From Candidatus Gottesmanbacteria bacterium (lineage in GTDB: Bacteria; Patescibacteriota; Microgenomatia; UBA10105; UBA927), in contig OY969569.1 of the NCBI GenBank assembly GCA_963701185.1, positions 447,054-511,053 on the forward strand: a DNA stretch of 64,000 nt, given 5' to 3'. Both the position numbers and the translations under genes were made by a program. Position 1 is the stretch's first letter; each line of letters begins with the position of its first letter. Below are positions 16,906 through 26,731 of this stretch, one piece after another. The notes beneath the pieces were generated by a model. The model worked only from the letters and a program-made list of their open reading frames with translations. It was not told where the DNA came from and did not search any database.

Positions 16906-17686
16906 AGGTTTTTAATCGGTTTATAAGCGGACGGATTGCTTCCCGTCCCCCGCCCCGCACATAAAACGCGCCAATCGTTTCCGCAAAAAGTGCGACCAGA
17001 ATCCACTGATTAGCGCGCAACGTATGTAAGTATACACGAGTATCTTTAAAAAATTCAAGGAGGAACATGATGACACTGGTACTGGAAAAAAACCATAACC
17101 CGAGGAGTCCGTACGGCCATTTTTTTTGTGATCCGCGGCGGGACAAAACCGCAATAAATAGAAGGATACCGATCATCGCGGCAATTTCATACAGTTCGAC
17201 CGGATGACGCTTACCCAGATGCCCCACAAAACGGACAGCCCACGGGAGGGTGGTCATTGTGCCAACATACGTTCCGTCCAGAAATGCACCGAGTGTGCCA
17301 ACCACGAACGCGGTACCCAACGCCGGGCCCACTGCATCAAGGACGTATCCTACACGCACCTTATATTTCCGGCAGAGAGACACGAGAACCAGAAGTCCAC
17401 CGATCAATGCGCCATAAAAAGACATACCCGGCTGCACCCACACCGTAAAAATCTTTAATGGAGTTTCACGGAATAACTCCATGTTCAGGAGCACAAACAC
17501 AACGCGGGCAAAGATAAATGCGGAGAGCGTGCTGTAAAACGTCAGATTAAAAATGTGCTCTTCGTCAACCCCCTGATTTCGCAGACCCCGCCAAAACAAA
17601 AAGGAAAACATAAGCCACGCCAATACCAAAAAAACACTGAAACTATACAGATGAAACGGGCCGATACTCACGAGTAATGGATACAT
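16877..17686 (-). CDS. lgt: Prolipoprotein diacylglyceryl transferase-like
   Basis: MYP.L..IGP, G.SFYGALIGG, LPWAV, RHPVELYE. Confidence 0.85.
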   Translation of the reverse strand: MYPLLVSIGPFHLYSFSVFLVLAWLMFSFLFWRGLRNQGVDEEHIFNLTFYSTLSAFIFARVVFVLLNMELFRETPLKIFTVWVQPGMSFYGALIGGLLVLVSLCRKYKVRVGYVLDAVGPALGTAFVVGTLGAFLDGTYVGTMTTLPWAVRFVGHLGKRHPVELYEIAAMIGILLFIAVLSRRGSQKKWPYGLLGLWFFSSTSVIMFLLEFFKDTRVYLHTLRANQWILVALFAETIGAFYVRGGGREAIRPLINRLKTYAKFSKRTA

Positions 17687-17689
17687 AGG

Positions 17690-18919
17690 TTATTCCTTAT
17701 TATACTTCATCCGAAAGATGCCGTACGTAAGTATGATGAAACCCAACAAAAATATGACGCGCCCGACGCCGATAACATCCGCCAGTACCCCGCCGATAAT
17801 AATAGGCAATATCCCGACGCCGCCGACGGCGGCCGTCAGCATGCCGTACACGCGGCCGCGCATCGAACCTTTCGCCTCATCCTGAAGAATGCTGTTGGCC
17901 GGTGCATCCAACAGACTGTTGGCGGCCCCCAGACAGAAAAATAATGCCATCGCGATGATGAGGGACACATGCACCCGGACGATAAGGGAAATAAGAAGAA
18001 GAAGAATGCCGGCACCAGTCACACCCAGCTTAATAAGACGTCCTGGTTTCAGTTTATATCCGAAGGATCCTACCCACAACGCCCCTGAAATAATACCCAG
18101 GACCGCCGGTCCGACGATGAAAAGCGACGCGTCCCGTACATCTATGCGCAGTACCCGATCGGCGAATCCGGGTCCGAGCGTCCCCAACATGGCAAAAATT
18201 ATCTGTGTCCCGGTCAGAAGCAGCAGGCTGTCCAGGAGTGCCGGAATGCGCCGCACGTACCGGATTCCTTCAAAGAGTTCCTGAAATACGCGCGTGACGA
18301 GGTGGCTTACCTTATATCGGAATATGCTTGTAAATCCAAGGACGCCGGCGGCTTGCGAGGGAAGCCGTGACTCAAACCAGACGGCCATGAAAAACAGCAC
18401 GCTGATAAAAAGAAAAATCCATTGAGGACCGAATCCCCGCAGGAGCGGTCCGGATAATACGGTGCCTACGGCAAGACTACTGTAGTACGTAAAAGAAAAC
18501 AGGCTGTTGGCGGGAACCAAAAGATCGCTTGGGATGAGCTTGGGGATAAGCGGCGCTTCACTGGGGACATAAAATTGGGTAATCACCGCATTCACAAACA
18601 TAACCAGATACACAAGAAGAATATTACCGGAAACAACAATAAGAAAGAGGACAAGCGCCCCCCGCAGGATATCGCAGTACATGAGCATTCTCCGTTTGTC
18701 CAAATGGTCAACAGCGGTTCCGGCCACCATGCCGAAAAGCACGCTGGGGATTCCGTACGCGAGAAATAAACCCGAGACTGCGGTATTACTGCCCGTATTT
18801 TGATAAATACGAAGCCCTAAGACGAAAAGAAGCGTATTGATGGCCAACTGGGAAAAAATTTGGGCAAACCACAGAGACCGGAATGGTCTCACTGCCAGCA
18901 CGCTTGAATAGGATGTCAT
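17690..18919 (-). CDS. MFS transporter
   Basis: About 12 TM, G.AVD.LDKRR motif A, MRGRVYG. Confidence 0.9.
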   Translation of the reverse strand: MTSYSSVLAVRPFRSLWFAQIFSQLAINTLLFVLGLRIYQNTGSNTAVSGLFLAYGIPSVLFGMVAGTAVDHLDKRRMLMYCDILRGALVLFLIVVSGNILLVYLVMFVNAVITQFYVPSEAPLIPKLIPSDLLVPANSLFSFTYYSSLAVGTVLSGPLLRGFGPQWIFLFISVLFFMAVWFESRLPSQAAGVLGFTSIFRYKVSHLVTRVFQELFEGIRYVRRIPALLDSLLLLTGTQIIFAMLGTLGPGFADRVLRIDVRDASLFIVGPAVLGIISGALWVGSFGYKLKPGRLIKLGVTGAGILLLLISLIVRVHVSLIIAMALFFCLGAANSLLDAPANSILQDEAKGSMRGRVYGMLTAAVGGVGILPIIIGGVLADVIGVGRVIFLLGFIILTYGIFRMKYNKE

Positions 18920-18938
18920 ATATTGTTACAATTGATAA

Positions 18939-19412
18939 ATGACTGCTACCGCTCACGCACTTGTCGCCGGCTCAATTGCCCGCGCCGTACCCAACCCGTA
19001 TCTTGCCATACCCCTCGCCATAACATCCCATTTTATCATGGATGCCATCCCGCATTGGGATATAGGTACCGCCTGGCGCACCCGGTCAAAGGCAGTAACC
19101 GGAGCACTCGCCATCGGAGAAACCGTACTTGGTATTACGCTAGCATATTTTCTGTTCCGGGGAAAGGTGGAGGCGCCGCTTCTTCTTTCAACCATTATTG
19201 CAAGCGAACTCCCCGACTGGCTGGAAGCGCCGTGGTATATCTTTTTTGCCCATAAAAACAAAAATGGAATTTCCAAAACATCAGGATTCTGGGAACGGCT
19301 CACCTACCGCATCTACCGCCGGGAAAATATGGTGCACGCCAAAACCGATTTACCGTTCGGCCTGATTACCCAAATCGTCACCGTGGCGTTTTTTATCGTT
19401 TTACTCGGATAA
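18939..19412 (+). CDS. Membrane protein, metal-dependent hydrolase-like
   Basis: M...AHAL.AG, SHF.MD.IPHWD, LPD. Confidence 0.7.
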   Translation: MTATAHALVAGSIARAVPNPYLAIPLAITSHFIMDAIPHWDIGTAWRTRSKAVTGALAIGETVLGITLAYFLFRGKVEAPLLLSTIIASELPDWLEAPWYIFFAHKNKNGISKTSGFWERLTYRIYRRENMVHAKTDLPFGLITQIVTVAFFIVLLG

Positions 19413-20349
19413 GACCGGAGCACGGAATAATCTTCACACCCTGTTTTTCGATTTCGTCCAGAAATATGTTCATCCCGAGACTGTCGGAACTCATATGCCC
19501 GGCGACAACAAGATTGATATGGTGTTTGGTACACTCTTTCCGGTGTTCTTCGCCCGCATGCATGGCAATAATGGTACCGACCCCGGCATCGGCGAGTTTT
19601 TCGTACACCATCGCGGAGGGTTCGGTGCCGCCGGTAATATCCAGGGGCGCCACTTTTCCGGCGCGGCTTTTCTCAGACCCTGCGACAATCATGGGGCCTG
19701 CCTTCCCCTTCATTGCCTCCCGGTATTCAGGAATTTTTTTCAACTGGGCCAACACTTCCCCGACGGTTTCACACGTATGCTTATGAAACGTATCTTCAAG
19801 AAATTGATAGACCAAATTGTCGGTAATCGTATGCGTTGACATCATGGCAAACCCTAAAAGTCTTGCCGTATCGACTGCCTGATTATGATTAACGGGACTA
19901 AACCGGCGCTGAACCTCGCCGACACGGTCGGCCATAAGGCCCTCGGCAATATTGACCGGCACGCCGTAATTGGCCATAAGGTCTACCTGCACGTCCATCA
20001 CCTCATGCAGTGCCGCCAGCGGACCGCCCTCCGGGTGATGGGAAAGAAGTACATCAATTCCCTCCCCTTTTTGATTCAAACGGTCGGCAAGAAGAACCTC
20101 GGAGGCGTCGATATCAATACCTGCGAGAAGTTTATCCACCTTGAGATTCCTGTCACCCAAAATAATCCGCGAGTCGGAAAAGGGGTTGACTAAATCTTCC
20201 CGGTCATATTCTTCTTTTTTGGACGCGGACAGATCCTCATATTCTGCCCGCCGTCGCGCCAGTAATTTCTTCACGCCCGCCTCACCGCGCGGATCCGCCT
20301 TAATCCCCATCTCCAGCGCTGTTTTATATATATCTCCCAGTGTCATCAT
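19393..20349 (-). CDS. NIF3 (NGG1p interacting factor)-like protein
   Basis: AGID, SHHPEG, HT.TDN, AGH..SDSLGMN. Start reset to ATG 20349 after AGGAGG. Confidence 0.85.
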   Translation of the reverse strand: MMTLGDIYKTALEMGIKADPRGEAGVKKLLARRRAEYEDLSASKKEEYDREDLVNPFSDSRIILGDRNLKVDKLLAGIDIDASEVLLADRLNQKGEGIDVLLSHHPEGGPLAALHEVMDVQVDLMANYGVPVNIAEGLMADRVGEVQRRFSPVNHNQAVDTARLLGFAMMSTHTITDNLVYQFLEDTFHKHTCETVGEVLAQLKKIPEYREAMKGKAGPMIVAGSEKSRAGKVAPLDITGGTEPSAMVYEKLADAGVGTIIAMHAGEEHRKECTKHHINLVVAGHMSSDSLGMNIFLDEIEKQGVKIIPCSGLIRVKR

Positions 20350-20363
20350 ATATGTACCTCCTG

Positions 20364-20449
20364 TGCCTAGGGCGGGAATCGAACCCACATGAGCTTTTAT
20401 GCTCACAGCTTTTTGAGAGCTGCGCGTCTACCAATTCCGCCACCCAGGC
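20364..20449 (-). tRNA. tRNA-Leu(CAA)
   Basis: GCCTGGG acceptor, GGCGGAATTGGTAGAC D-arm, CT-CAA-AA anticodon loop, long variable arm, GGTTCGATTCC. CCA not encoded. Confidence 0.97.
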
Positions 20450-20465
20450 ATTAACCCGTATTATA

Positions 20466-21809
20466 TCATTTAGCCGGGGTTTCTTCGCGCTTCCTTTCAA
20501 TGCCGTAAAACCGGATGCGGTCGCCGCGAAAGATCAGGTCCACTTCACCCAGCGGGCCGTTTCTATGTTTTGCAATCCGGAGTTTGGTCGGAATCTGTGC
20601 TCCCCACTGGGTCTGATCCCCTTCTTCGCGGTACAAAAACATGACAACGTCGGCATCCTGTTCGATGGAACCGGATTCGCGAAGATCGGACAGTTCCGGA
20701 ACTCTGGTGCCGCGTGACTCGACGGCCCGGGAAAGCTGCGAACACGCCAGGACGGGAAGACGAAGTTCGCGGGCGAGATTTTTGAGGCTTTGGGAAATAA
20801 CGGATACCTCCTGCACACGATTGTCGAAGTTCCGTCCGGAGTCGGCAAGCTGCAGATAGTCGACAATGAGAAGTTTGACGCCGTGCTCGACTTGCAGACG
20901 ACGGGCTTTGGTACGCATTTCAAGGATATTCAGTCCCGGCGTGTCATCGATATAAATAGGCGCCTCTGCAAGCTCCCCCATGGCTTCCGAAAGCCGCGTA
21001 AAATCATCGTCCGATAATTTTCCCGTTTTTAATTTCCACGCATCAATATCCGCCTGCGACACAAGCAAACGATCCACAAGCTCTTCTTTGCTCATCTCGA
21101 GCGAAAACACACCGACGGGAATTTTTTCGCGGACTGCAGCGTACTGCGCGATATTGAGAATCATCGCCGTTTTTCCCGTACCGGGCCGGGCGGCGAGAAT
21201 GAGAAGGTTAGAATCCTGCATGCCGGCAAGCCGAAAATCCAGATCGTTAAATCCGGTCGGCACGCCCCTGAGCCCGCCAGCGCGTTTATGGAGTTCGTCC
21301 AACCGATCAAACGACGAGGCCAATGCATCTTTAATGGGAATAAAGTCACGCTTCGTCGTCTGCTGCGAGATGGCAAAAATCTCCTGTTCCGCACTATCGA
21401 GAATTTCCTTTGCATCTCCCTGATCTTTAAAGGCAAGTTCCGTAACGCGCGCGCCCAACTCAATCAGTCTGCGTTTCGTATACTGTTCCTGAATGATGCG
21501 CGCGTATTTTTGCGCGTGCGCTGACGTGGGGACGACGTTTAATAGTTCCGATACATAGGACGCCCCGCCGACCCGCTTCAGCGTCCCGTCTTTTTTTAAC
21601 TGCGCCGTGACGGAAACGACGTCCAAAGGTTCATGCGCTTCGTACAGGGTGAGCATCGCACCAAAAATTGCCGCATTGGCGTCCGCGTAAAAATGTTCGG
21701 GACGCAAAAATTCCGCGACGTCAATCATCGCGTCTTTGTCGATAAGGACAGCGCCCAGGACCGATTGCTCGGCGACATCATCATGCGGCGGAATTTTGAG
21801 GTCTGCCAT
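20466..21809 (-). CDS. dnaB: Replicative DNA helicase
   Basis: PPH...AEQSVLG, AARPGTGKT, DYLQL, SQLSR, LRESGSIEQDAD, KHRNGP. Confidence 0.98.
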   Translation of the reverse strand: MADLKIPPHDDVAEQSVLGAVLIDKDAMIDVAEFLRPEHFYADANAAIFGAMLTLYEAHEPLDVVSVTAQLKKDGTLKRVGGASYVSELLNVVPTSAHAQKYARIIQEQYTKRRLIELGARVTELAFKDQGDAKEILDSAEQEIFAISQQTTKRDFIPIKDALASSFDRLDELHKRAGGLRGVPTGFNDLDFRLAGMQDSNLLILAARPGTGKTAMILNIAQYAAVREKIPVGVFSLEMSKEELVDRLLVSQADIDAWKLKTGKLSDDDFTRLSEAMGELAEAPIYIDDTPGLNILEMRTKARRLQVEHGVKLLIVDYLQLADSGRNFDNRVQEVSVISQSLKNLARELRLPVLACSQLSRAVESRGTRVPELSDLRESGSIEQDADVVMFLYREEGDQTQWGAQIPTKLRIAKHRNGPLGEVDLIFRGDRIRFYGIERKREETPAK

Positions 21810-21822
21810 AGGAGAAAATAAT

Positions 21823-22386
21823 TTATTCCAAAATAACTACTTGCATTTGCTCGGGCAGTTTATCGCGGGTTACGGTAAGTTTAGATTGCGGAACAACATC
21901 CTCTTTGCCGATTTCTTTCAGGAATGCGGTTAGTTCGTCGCGATGATAGCACATGGGAATAACGACAGACGGTTCTATTTCATTAATAACGGCAACGGCA
22001 GATGAACCGACGGGAACCATAAGAATATCAACACCGTCCAAGCTATCCACTTCTTCTGCGGATAATGCACGTCCTAAATCACCCAGATGAACAATGGAAA
22101 ATCCGTCAACTTCAATCCGATACATCGTCGTCTGTTCTATCTTACGGCCGATAACACCGACTCCCTTGATTTCATATTCTCCGGGACCGTTAACGATATA
22201 TGCCGTACCTTCAACCTGCCCGGTTGCGTTATGATCCGGATGGTCGTGTGAAACGGTCACGATATCAGCGGTTATATGCTTGGGAAATTTTAATCCTACG
22301 TGTTCCGGCGTATACGGATCCGTCACAACGGTGGCAGATTTTCCTTTCAAACGAAACGCGGCATGACCGAGATAGGTGATCTCCAT
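21823..22386 (-). CDS. MBL-fold metallo-hydrolase
   Basis: ITYLGHA, SH.H.DH, GPGEYE, HLGDLG. Confidence 0.85.
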   Translation of the reverse strand: MEITYLGHAAFRLKGKSATVVTDPYTPEHVGLKFPKHITADIVTVSHDHPDHNATGQVEGTAYIVNGPGEYEIKGVGVIGRKIEQTTMYRIEVDGFSIVHLGDLGRALSAEEVDSLDGVDILMVPVGSSAVAVINEIEPSVVIPMCYHRDELTAFLKEIGKEDVVPQSKLTVTRDKLPEQMQVVILE

Positions 22387-22427
22387 GTTGCAATTTATAA
22401 CAGATTTAGCTATCCTTAGCAACACTC

Positions 22428-22871
22428 ATGAATAAAGACGCGATACTGGCGACACTTATCGGGTTCGGCATCGGGCTCCTCATTACCGGTATTCTTCTTA
22501 TTGGTCCGAATATTACAAAATCATTGCCGAACATAAATCTCCCGACTATTTCGTTTTTGCAGCCGAAGCAAAAACCGACACCGACCCCCACGCCAACTCC
22601 TTCGCAGTTTGGCCTCACGATTGAGAGCCCGCTTGCCGACGCGATTGAAAATACGAGCGACCTCCTTGTATCCGGCGTCACGACCCCGGGATCAACTGTC
22701 GTCATCGCCGGATCTGTTGACGATACGGTAGAGCTGGCACAGGCTGACGGAAAATATGCCGGAAAAATAACGCTCGCCGAGGGGAAAAATGATATCATCG
22801 TCACCGCATACCAATCACAAAAACAGATGACACAGACGATGACGGTATATTACACGCCGGAAAGTTTATGA
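22428..22871 (+). CDS. Membrane-anchored Ig-like domain protein
   Basis: N-terminal TM, PT linker, VSG.T.PG, L.EG.N.I.V.A. Confidence 0.7.
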   Translation: MNKDAILATLIGFGIGLLITGILLIGPNITKSLPNINLPTISFLQPKQKPTPTPTPTPSQFGLTIESPLADAIENTSDLLVSGVTTPGSTVVIAGSVDDTVELAQADGKYAGKITLAEGKNDIIVTAYQSQKQMTQTMTVYYTPESL

Positions 22872-22886
22872 CCAGGAAGTGAAATT

Positions 22887-23579
22887 ATGAAAAAAATAGT
22901 ATTAGTTATTTGTTCTCTTTTACTGACAACATCCGCGTACGCGGCCACATCAACGCCGTCGGCGCAGCAAAAACTGGATACGCTCAAGGACCGTCTTGCA
23001 TCAGCCGCGACACAACTAAAACAGTCGCAGAAACGCGCGGTCTTCGGGACGGTAAAAACAACGTCCGTATCAACCATTACTATCTCCACAAAAACCAATG
23101 ATTTAAAAATAGAGCTGACCGATACCATTTCCGTATTTGAGCTCATCAAAGGCAAACGGACCGAACTCACGACCGATCAGGTAACCCGCGGCGATGACGT
23201 TGTCGTATTTGGCGATTATGATACGAACCTGGATATTCTCAAGGCACAGGTTATCTTTATTCAGGGCAGTATACCGGAGCGGATAACCGGCACAATCACG
23301 GCCGTCAGCAAAAAAGACTACACGATAACGATAGCAACACCGGAGGAACAATCCTATATCGTCGATTTTGAAACAACGACGAAAAATTTTAATTGGACAA
23401 AAGATACAGGCGTCCAAAAAGCGGGATTTACTCAATTAATTGTCGGCGACACCATCCATGTATTGGAAACGCAGAATCCGAAAATTGCCAACCGCGTATC
23501 GGCCCTGCGGATCCTCGATATCGGCAACCTGACCGGCGTCACGCCGACAACCAGACCAAGTCCAACCCCGACGCCTTGA
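22887..23579 (+). CDS. Secreted protein with two beta-rich (OB/DUF5666-like) repeats
   Basis: Signal peptide, two GD.V.V repeats, PT tail. Confidence 0.7.
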   Translation: MKKIVLVICSLLLTTSAYAATSTPSAQQKLDTLKDRLASAATQLKQSQKRAVFGTVKTTSVSTITISTKTNDLKIELTDTISVFELIKGKRTELTTDQVTRGDDVVVFGDYDTNLDILKAQVIFIQGSIPERITGTITAVSKKDYTITIATPEEQSYIVDFETTTKNFNWTKDTGVQKAGFTQLIVGDTIHVLETQNPKIANRVSALRILDIGNLTGVTPTTRPSPTPTP

Positions 23580-23610
23580 TGCGGATATATCAGCGTGTTA
23601 CTATAGTCAT

Positions 23611-23994
23611 GTGAAAAAATTCCGCATGGATCAATTTCAAACAGGCACCCCGTCATCGTATCCCTCATCGGCAATGAACGAGTTGTTCCGGGCAATTCTG
23701 TCACTGAAAAACGAAACCGAGGCCCAAAACTTTTTCCGGGATCTGCTCACCATGCCGGAACTGAAGGAATTTGCCAACCGCTGGCAGATAGTGAAGCTCC
23801 TGTACAAACGGGTTCCGTACGGAGAAATTGCCGCGAAGCTTAACGTATCCACAACGACGGTCACCCGCGTCGCCTATTGGCTGAATAACGGATTCAACGG
23901 GTATAAAGAAGTCGCCGACCGTACGTTTGAAACAAAATTTAAGGATGCGCATACGCCTCATCAGCCGCGGCTCCGCGGCAAACGCTGGATGTAA
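23611..23994 (+). CDS. TrpR-like YerC/YecD regulator
   Basis: LF.AILSL....E...FF.DL.T..EL....NRW, VSTTTVTRV..WL..G..GY. Confidence 0.9.
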   Translation: MKKFRMDQFQTGTPSSYPSSAMNELFRAILSLKNETEAQNFFRDLLTMPELKEFANRWQIVKLLYKRVPYGEIAAKLNVSTTTVTRVAYWLNNGFNGYKEVADRTFETKFKDAHTPHQPRLRGKRWM

Positions 23995-23995
23995 C

Positions 23996-24035
23996 TTGAC
24001 ATGAGCATGTTACCATGTTAACATGCTAATATAAG
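23996..24035 (+). promoter_or_regulatory. Promoter with embedded palindromic operator
   Basis: TTGACA at 23996, then AGCATGTTA-CCATGT-TAACATGCT (24004-24027) with 8-bp periodicity. Confidence 0.65.
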
Positions 24036-24040
24036 GAAGT

Positions 24041-24130
24041 ATGAATATGTCTGAAATATCACGTACATCTCCGTTAGGCATAATAGCTGTTTCTTCGGTT
24101 TCTTCCTGCGCGCGTCATCATAGCCGCTAA
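24041..24130 (+). CDS. Candidate leader/precursor peptide (29 aa, ...SSCARHHSR)
   Basis: AAGGAAG RBS. Stop codon overlaps an AGCCGC/GCGGCT hairpin. Confidence 0.4.
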   Translation: MNMSEISRTSPLGIIAVSSVSSCARHHSR

Positions 24131-24211
24131 TATCCCGCGTGCGGCTTAGACGAGAATCTTCCCTTTCGCTCATTCCCCTCTTTACCGTCCGCAGGATGTA
24201 TTGTTCTGCGA

Positions 24212-25432
24212 ATGAAAATACCTATGAATAAGGAGCTTGATACATTTTACTCAAATACAGGAACGCTTGACGTGCGCATACAACAAACAACAGGACTAAA
24301 CGGCAAAAGTGAACTGTTGAAAACTATGCAGGGGCGCGGGCAAAATCGTGCGACGGACTTACTCCTTGAAAGTCCGTGTAATGAACGGTGCGTAGCTTGC
24401 TTTTTTCAGGAAGCCGGTGGCCCGGGGAGTATCCGCCTAACACCCGAAGTCGTCAACGACATACGGACAACCGCCGGCATATTAGGCGCGCCCGATAAAA
24501 CAATGTTCACGTTGTATCCGAAAGAAATAACCACAGCGATGCCGCTTCTTCCTGTATTTTCCGAACGTTCAGTCACAAGAACACTTACGAACGGGAAACG
24601 TCTTGGTGAACCCGGAGTACTGGAGACTTTGAAAAATGCCGGAATCCGGGATCTTATGGTTACCGTACCGGGCAACGCCTCCTCGTATGCGCTCTACACA
24701 CAAGAAAAAGAACAAACCTATGACCGGCTCTTGAATACTATCGGATCGGCTATCCGCGCGGGCTTTACTGTCGGTATTTTTTATCCCGTTTTTAGGCCAA
24801 ATATTGATGATGTGTTGGAAACGACTCTCCGTTTGCAGGAACTCGGTGTACGCGAAATAAAATTTATCCGGGTTATACCTGTCGGCGCCGCCCGAAACTT
24901 ATCTGATGACATGTTTACTGATAAGGACAGTACGCTTCAATTTTTATGTAACGTCAATAAGGCTCGAAAACAAGCGGGAAATACAATGGAGCTGACTCTT
25001 TTTGGCGGGTCATTCGGACCGAATTTTTTTGCAAAATCCATTTACCGATATCTCTCGGGTGCATCCGACCGATGGCCGGGCAGTCAATACTATTGTCCGA
25101 TGGTCAACGGACAGTTCATCGGCATCGCATTCGGTACCGGAAAGGGGTATCCATGCTTTAAAGCGTTGGCTTTTCCGGAATTAATTTCGGGAGAATATAA
25201 AAACGGAAAACTCGTACAAAAGCCGCCACTCGTAACAAAAGAAAATCTTGAAAAAAATCTCTGCGGTCAATGTTCAGAACAACAATGTACGTATCAATCG
25301 CTGTGTATGGGTGGATGCCGCATTACTGCATTTGCGTTTGCTAAACGCCGCGGAGAAGCCGATCCGCTGTACGCCGAGCAGGATGTCTGCGTCACGAAAA
25401 TTCTTGAGGAAAATCAATCAACAATAAGTTGA
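24212..25432 (+). CDS. Radical SAM protein with SPASM-like C-terminus
   Basis: CNERCVAC (CxxxCxxC), LTNG, YCP, YPC, C..C....C....LC.GGC...C. Confidence 0.85.
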   Translation: MKIPMNKELDTFYSNTGTLDVRIQQTTGLNGKSELLKTMQGRGQNRATDLLLESPCNERCVACFFQEAGGPGSIRLTPEVVNDIRTTAGILGAPDKTMFTLYPKEITTAMPLLPVFSERSVTRTLTNGKRLGEPGVLETLKNAGIRDLMVTVPGNASSYALYTQEKEQTYDRLLNTIGSAIRAGFTVGIFYPVFRPNIDDVLETTLRLQELGVREIKFIRVIPVGAARNLSDDMFTDKDSTLQFLCNVNKARKQAGNTMELTLFGGSFGPNFFAKSIYRYLSGASDRWPGSQYYCPMVNGQFIGIAFGTGKGYPCFKALAFPELISGEYKNGKLVQKPPLVTKENLEKNLCGQCSEQQCTYQSLCMGGCRITAFAFAKRRGEADPLYAEQDVCVTKILEENQSTIS

Positions 25433-25480
25433 TCTGGTATTCGCGCCTGAGATTTGGTACGCTGGATACATGAAAAAAAT

Positions 25481-26698
25481 ATGATCAAAGCACAAACACT
25501 GAAAGGATTCAGGGATTTTTTGCCCGAAACCGCCATCGCGCGGCAAATGGTGACGGGAAAAATCAGGAACGTGTTTGAGCGGTACGGATTTGATCCCTTA
25601 GAAACGCCGGCGCTGGAATACGCTGAAACGCTCACGGGAAAATACGGCGGCGAGGCGGATAAATTACTCTACCTATTCCGCGATAACGGGAAACGGAAAG
25701 TGGGACTCCGGTATGACCAGACAGTTCCCCTCTCGCGGGTTATAGCCCAATATCCGCTCCTTCCCAAACCGTTCAAGCGGTATCAAATCCAACCCGTGTG
25801 GCGCGCGGAAAATACGCAGAAGGGCAGATTCCGCGAGTTTCTGCAATGCGACATCGATACCGTCGGCTCTGACTCTCCTCTTGCCGACGCGGAAATTATT
25901 GACTGTTCGCTCAATACCTTTAAACAACTCGGGTTTCCAGGTATCACCATGGATGTCAATGACCGCACGATATTCGACGACCTTAAACTAACCAAGAAAG
26001 AAATAACCATCATTGATAAACTCGATAAAATCGGCACGGATGCGGTTATTGAGGATCTGGAAGCGGGCGGAAGGAAGGACGCAAAAAAATTATTTGAATC
26101 ACTCAAGCGGGCAAAGCCGACCGAGCGCATGTGGAAAATTTTTGAGGCACTCAAACGTCTGGGGTATAAAGAAGACGCGGACTTCCGGTTCAACCGGTTT
26201 TTAGCCAGAGGTTTAGATTACTACACAAGTACGATATTCGAGTTAAAGGCAGGGGCCTATACCAGCGGATCATTGGCGGGCGGCGGACGGTACGATACAT
26301 TGATCGGACAATTTTCCGGCCAAAATTTGCCGGCCGTAGGCATTGCGTTCGGGTTTGACCGCATCATGGAAGCGATGGAGGAATTTAAATTACTCCCCCC
26401 GCAACCCACTGCCACGCAGATATTGGTTACTATTTTCTCGCCCCAACAGCTTGGCGCCGCCCTTGAACTCACGACGAAATTCCGCCGCGGCGGACTCAAT
26501 ACCGAGGTCTACGGCGACACAGAGGCGAAACTCGACAAACAGCTCAAATATGCCGATAAAAAGGGAATTCCGTATGTGGTTATTGCAGGTCCGGATGAGA
26601 TAGCACGGGATGTCATAAAACTGAAAACCATGGAAACGAAAAAACAGGAGGAACTGTCTGTCGATGAGGTTGTCGATAAGTTGACGAAGGCCTCGTAA
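25481..26698 (+). CDS. hisS: Histidine--tRNA ligase
   Basis: KGFRDFLP, LRYDQT, RFREF.QCD, RGLDYY, GGGRYD. Confidence 0.98.
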   Translation: MIKAQTLKGFRDFLPETAIARQMVTGKIRNVFERYGFDPLETPALEYAETLTGKYGGEADKLLYLFRDNGKRKVGLRYDQTVPLSRVIAQYPLLPKPFKRYQIQPVWRAENTQKGRFREFLQCDIDTVGSDSPLADAEIIDCSLNTFKQLGFPGITMDVNDRTIFDDLKLTKKEITIIDKLDKIGTDAVIEDLEAGGRKDAKKLFESLKRAKPTERMWKIFEALKRLGYKEDADFRFNRFLARGLDYYTSTIFELKAGAYTSGSLAGGGRYDTLIGQFSGQNLPAVGIAFGFDRIMEAMEEFKLLPPQPTATQILVTIFSPQQLGAALELTTKFRRGGLNTEVYGDTEAKLDKQLKYADKKGIPYVVIAGPDEIARDVIKLKTMETKKQEELSVDEVVDKLTKAS

Positions 26699-26709
26699 TA
26701 AGAATACCA

Positions 26710-26728
26710 ATCCCGATCTAATCGGGAT
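26710..26728. repeat. TCCCGAT-N3-ATCGGGA palindrome, third copy
   Basis: ATCCCGATCTAATCGGGAT between hisS and the EamA gene. Confidence 0.7.
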
Positions 26729-26731
26729 GAT

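Noticed and set aside
20350-20406. N-terminal extension of NIF3 given in the ORF track
   Set aside because: Overlaps tRNA-Leu. A strong RBS supports ATG 20349.
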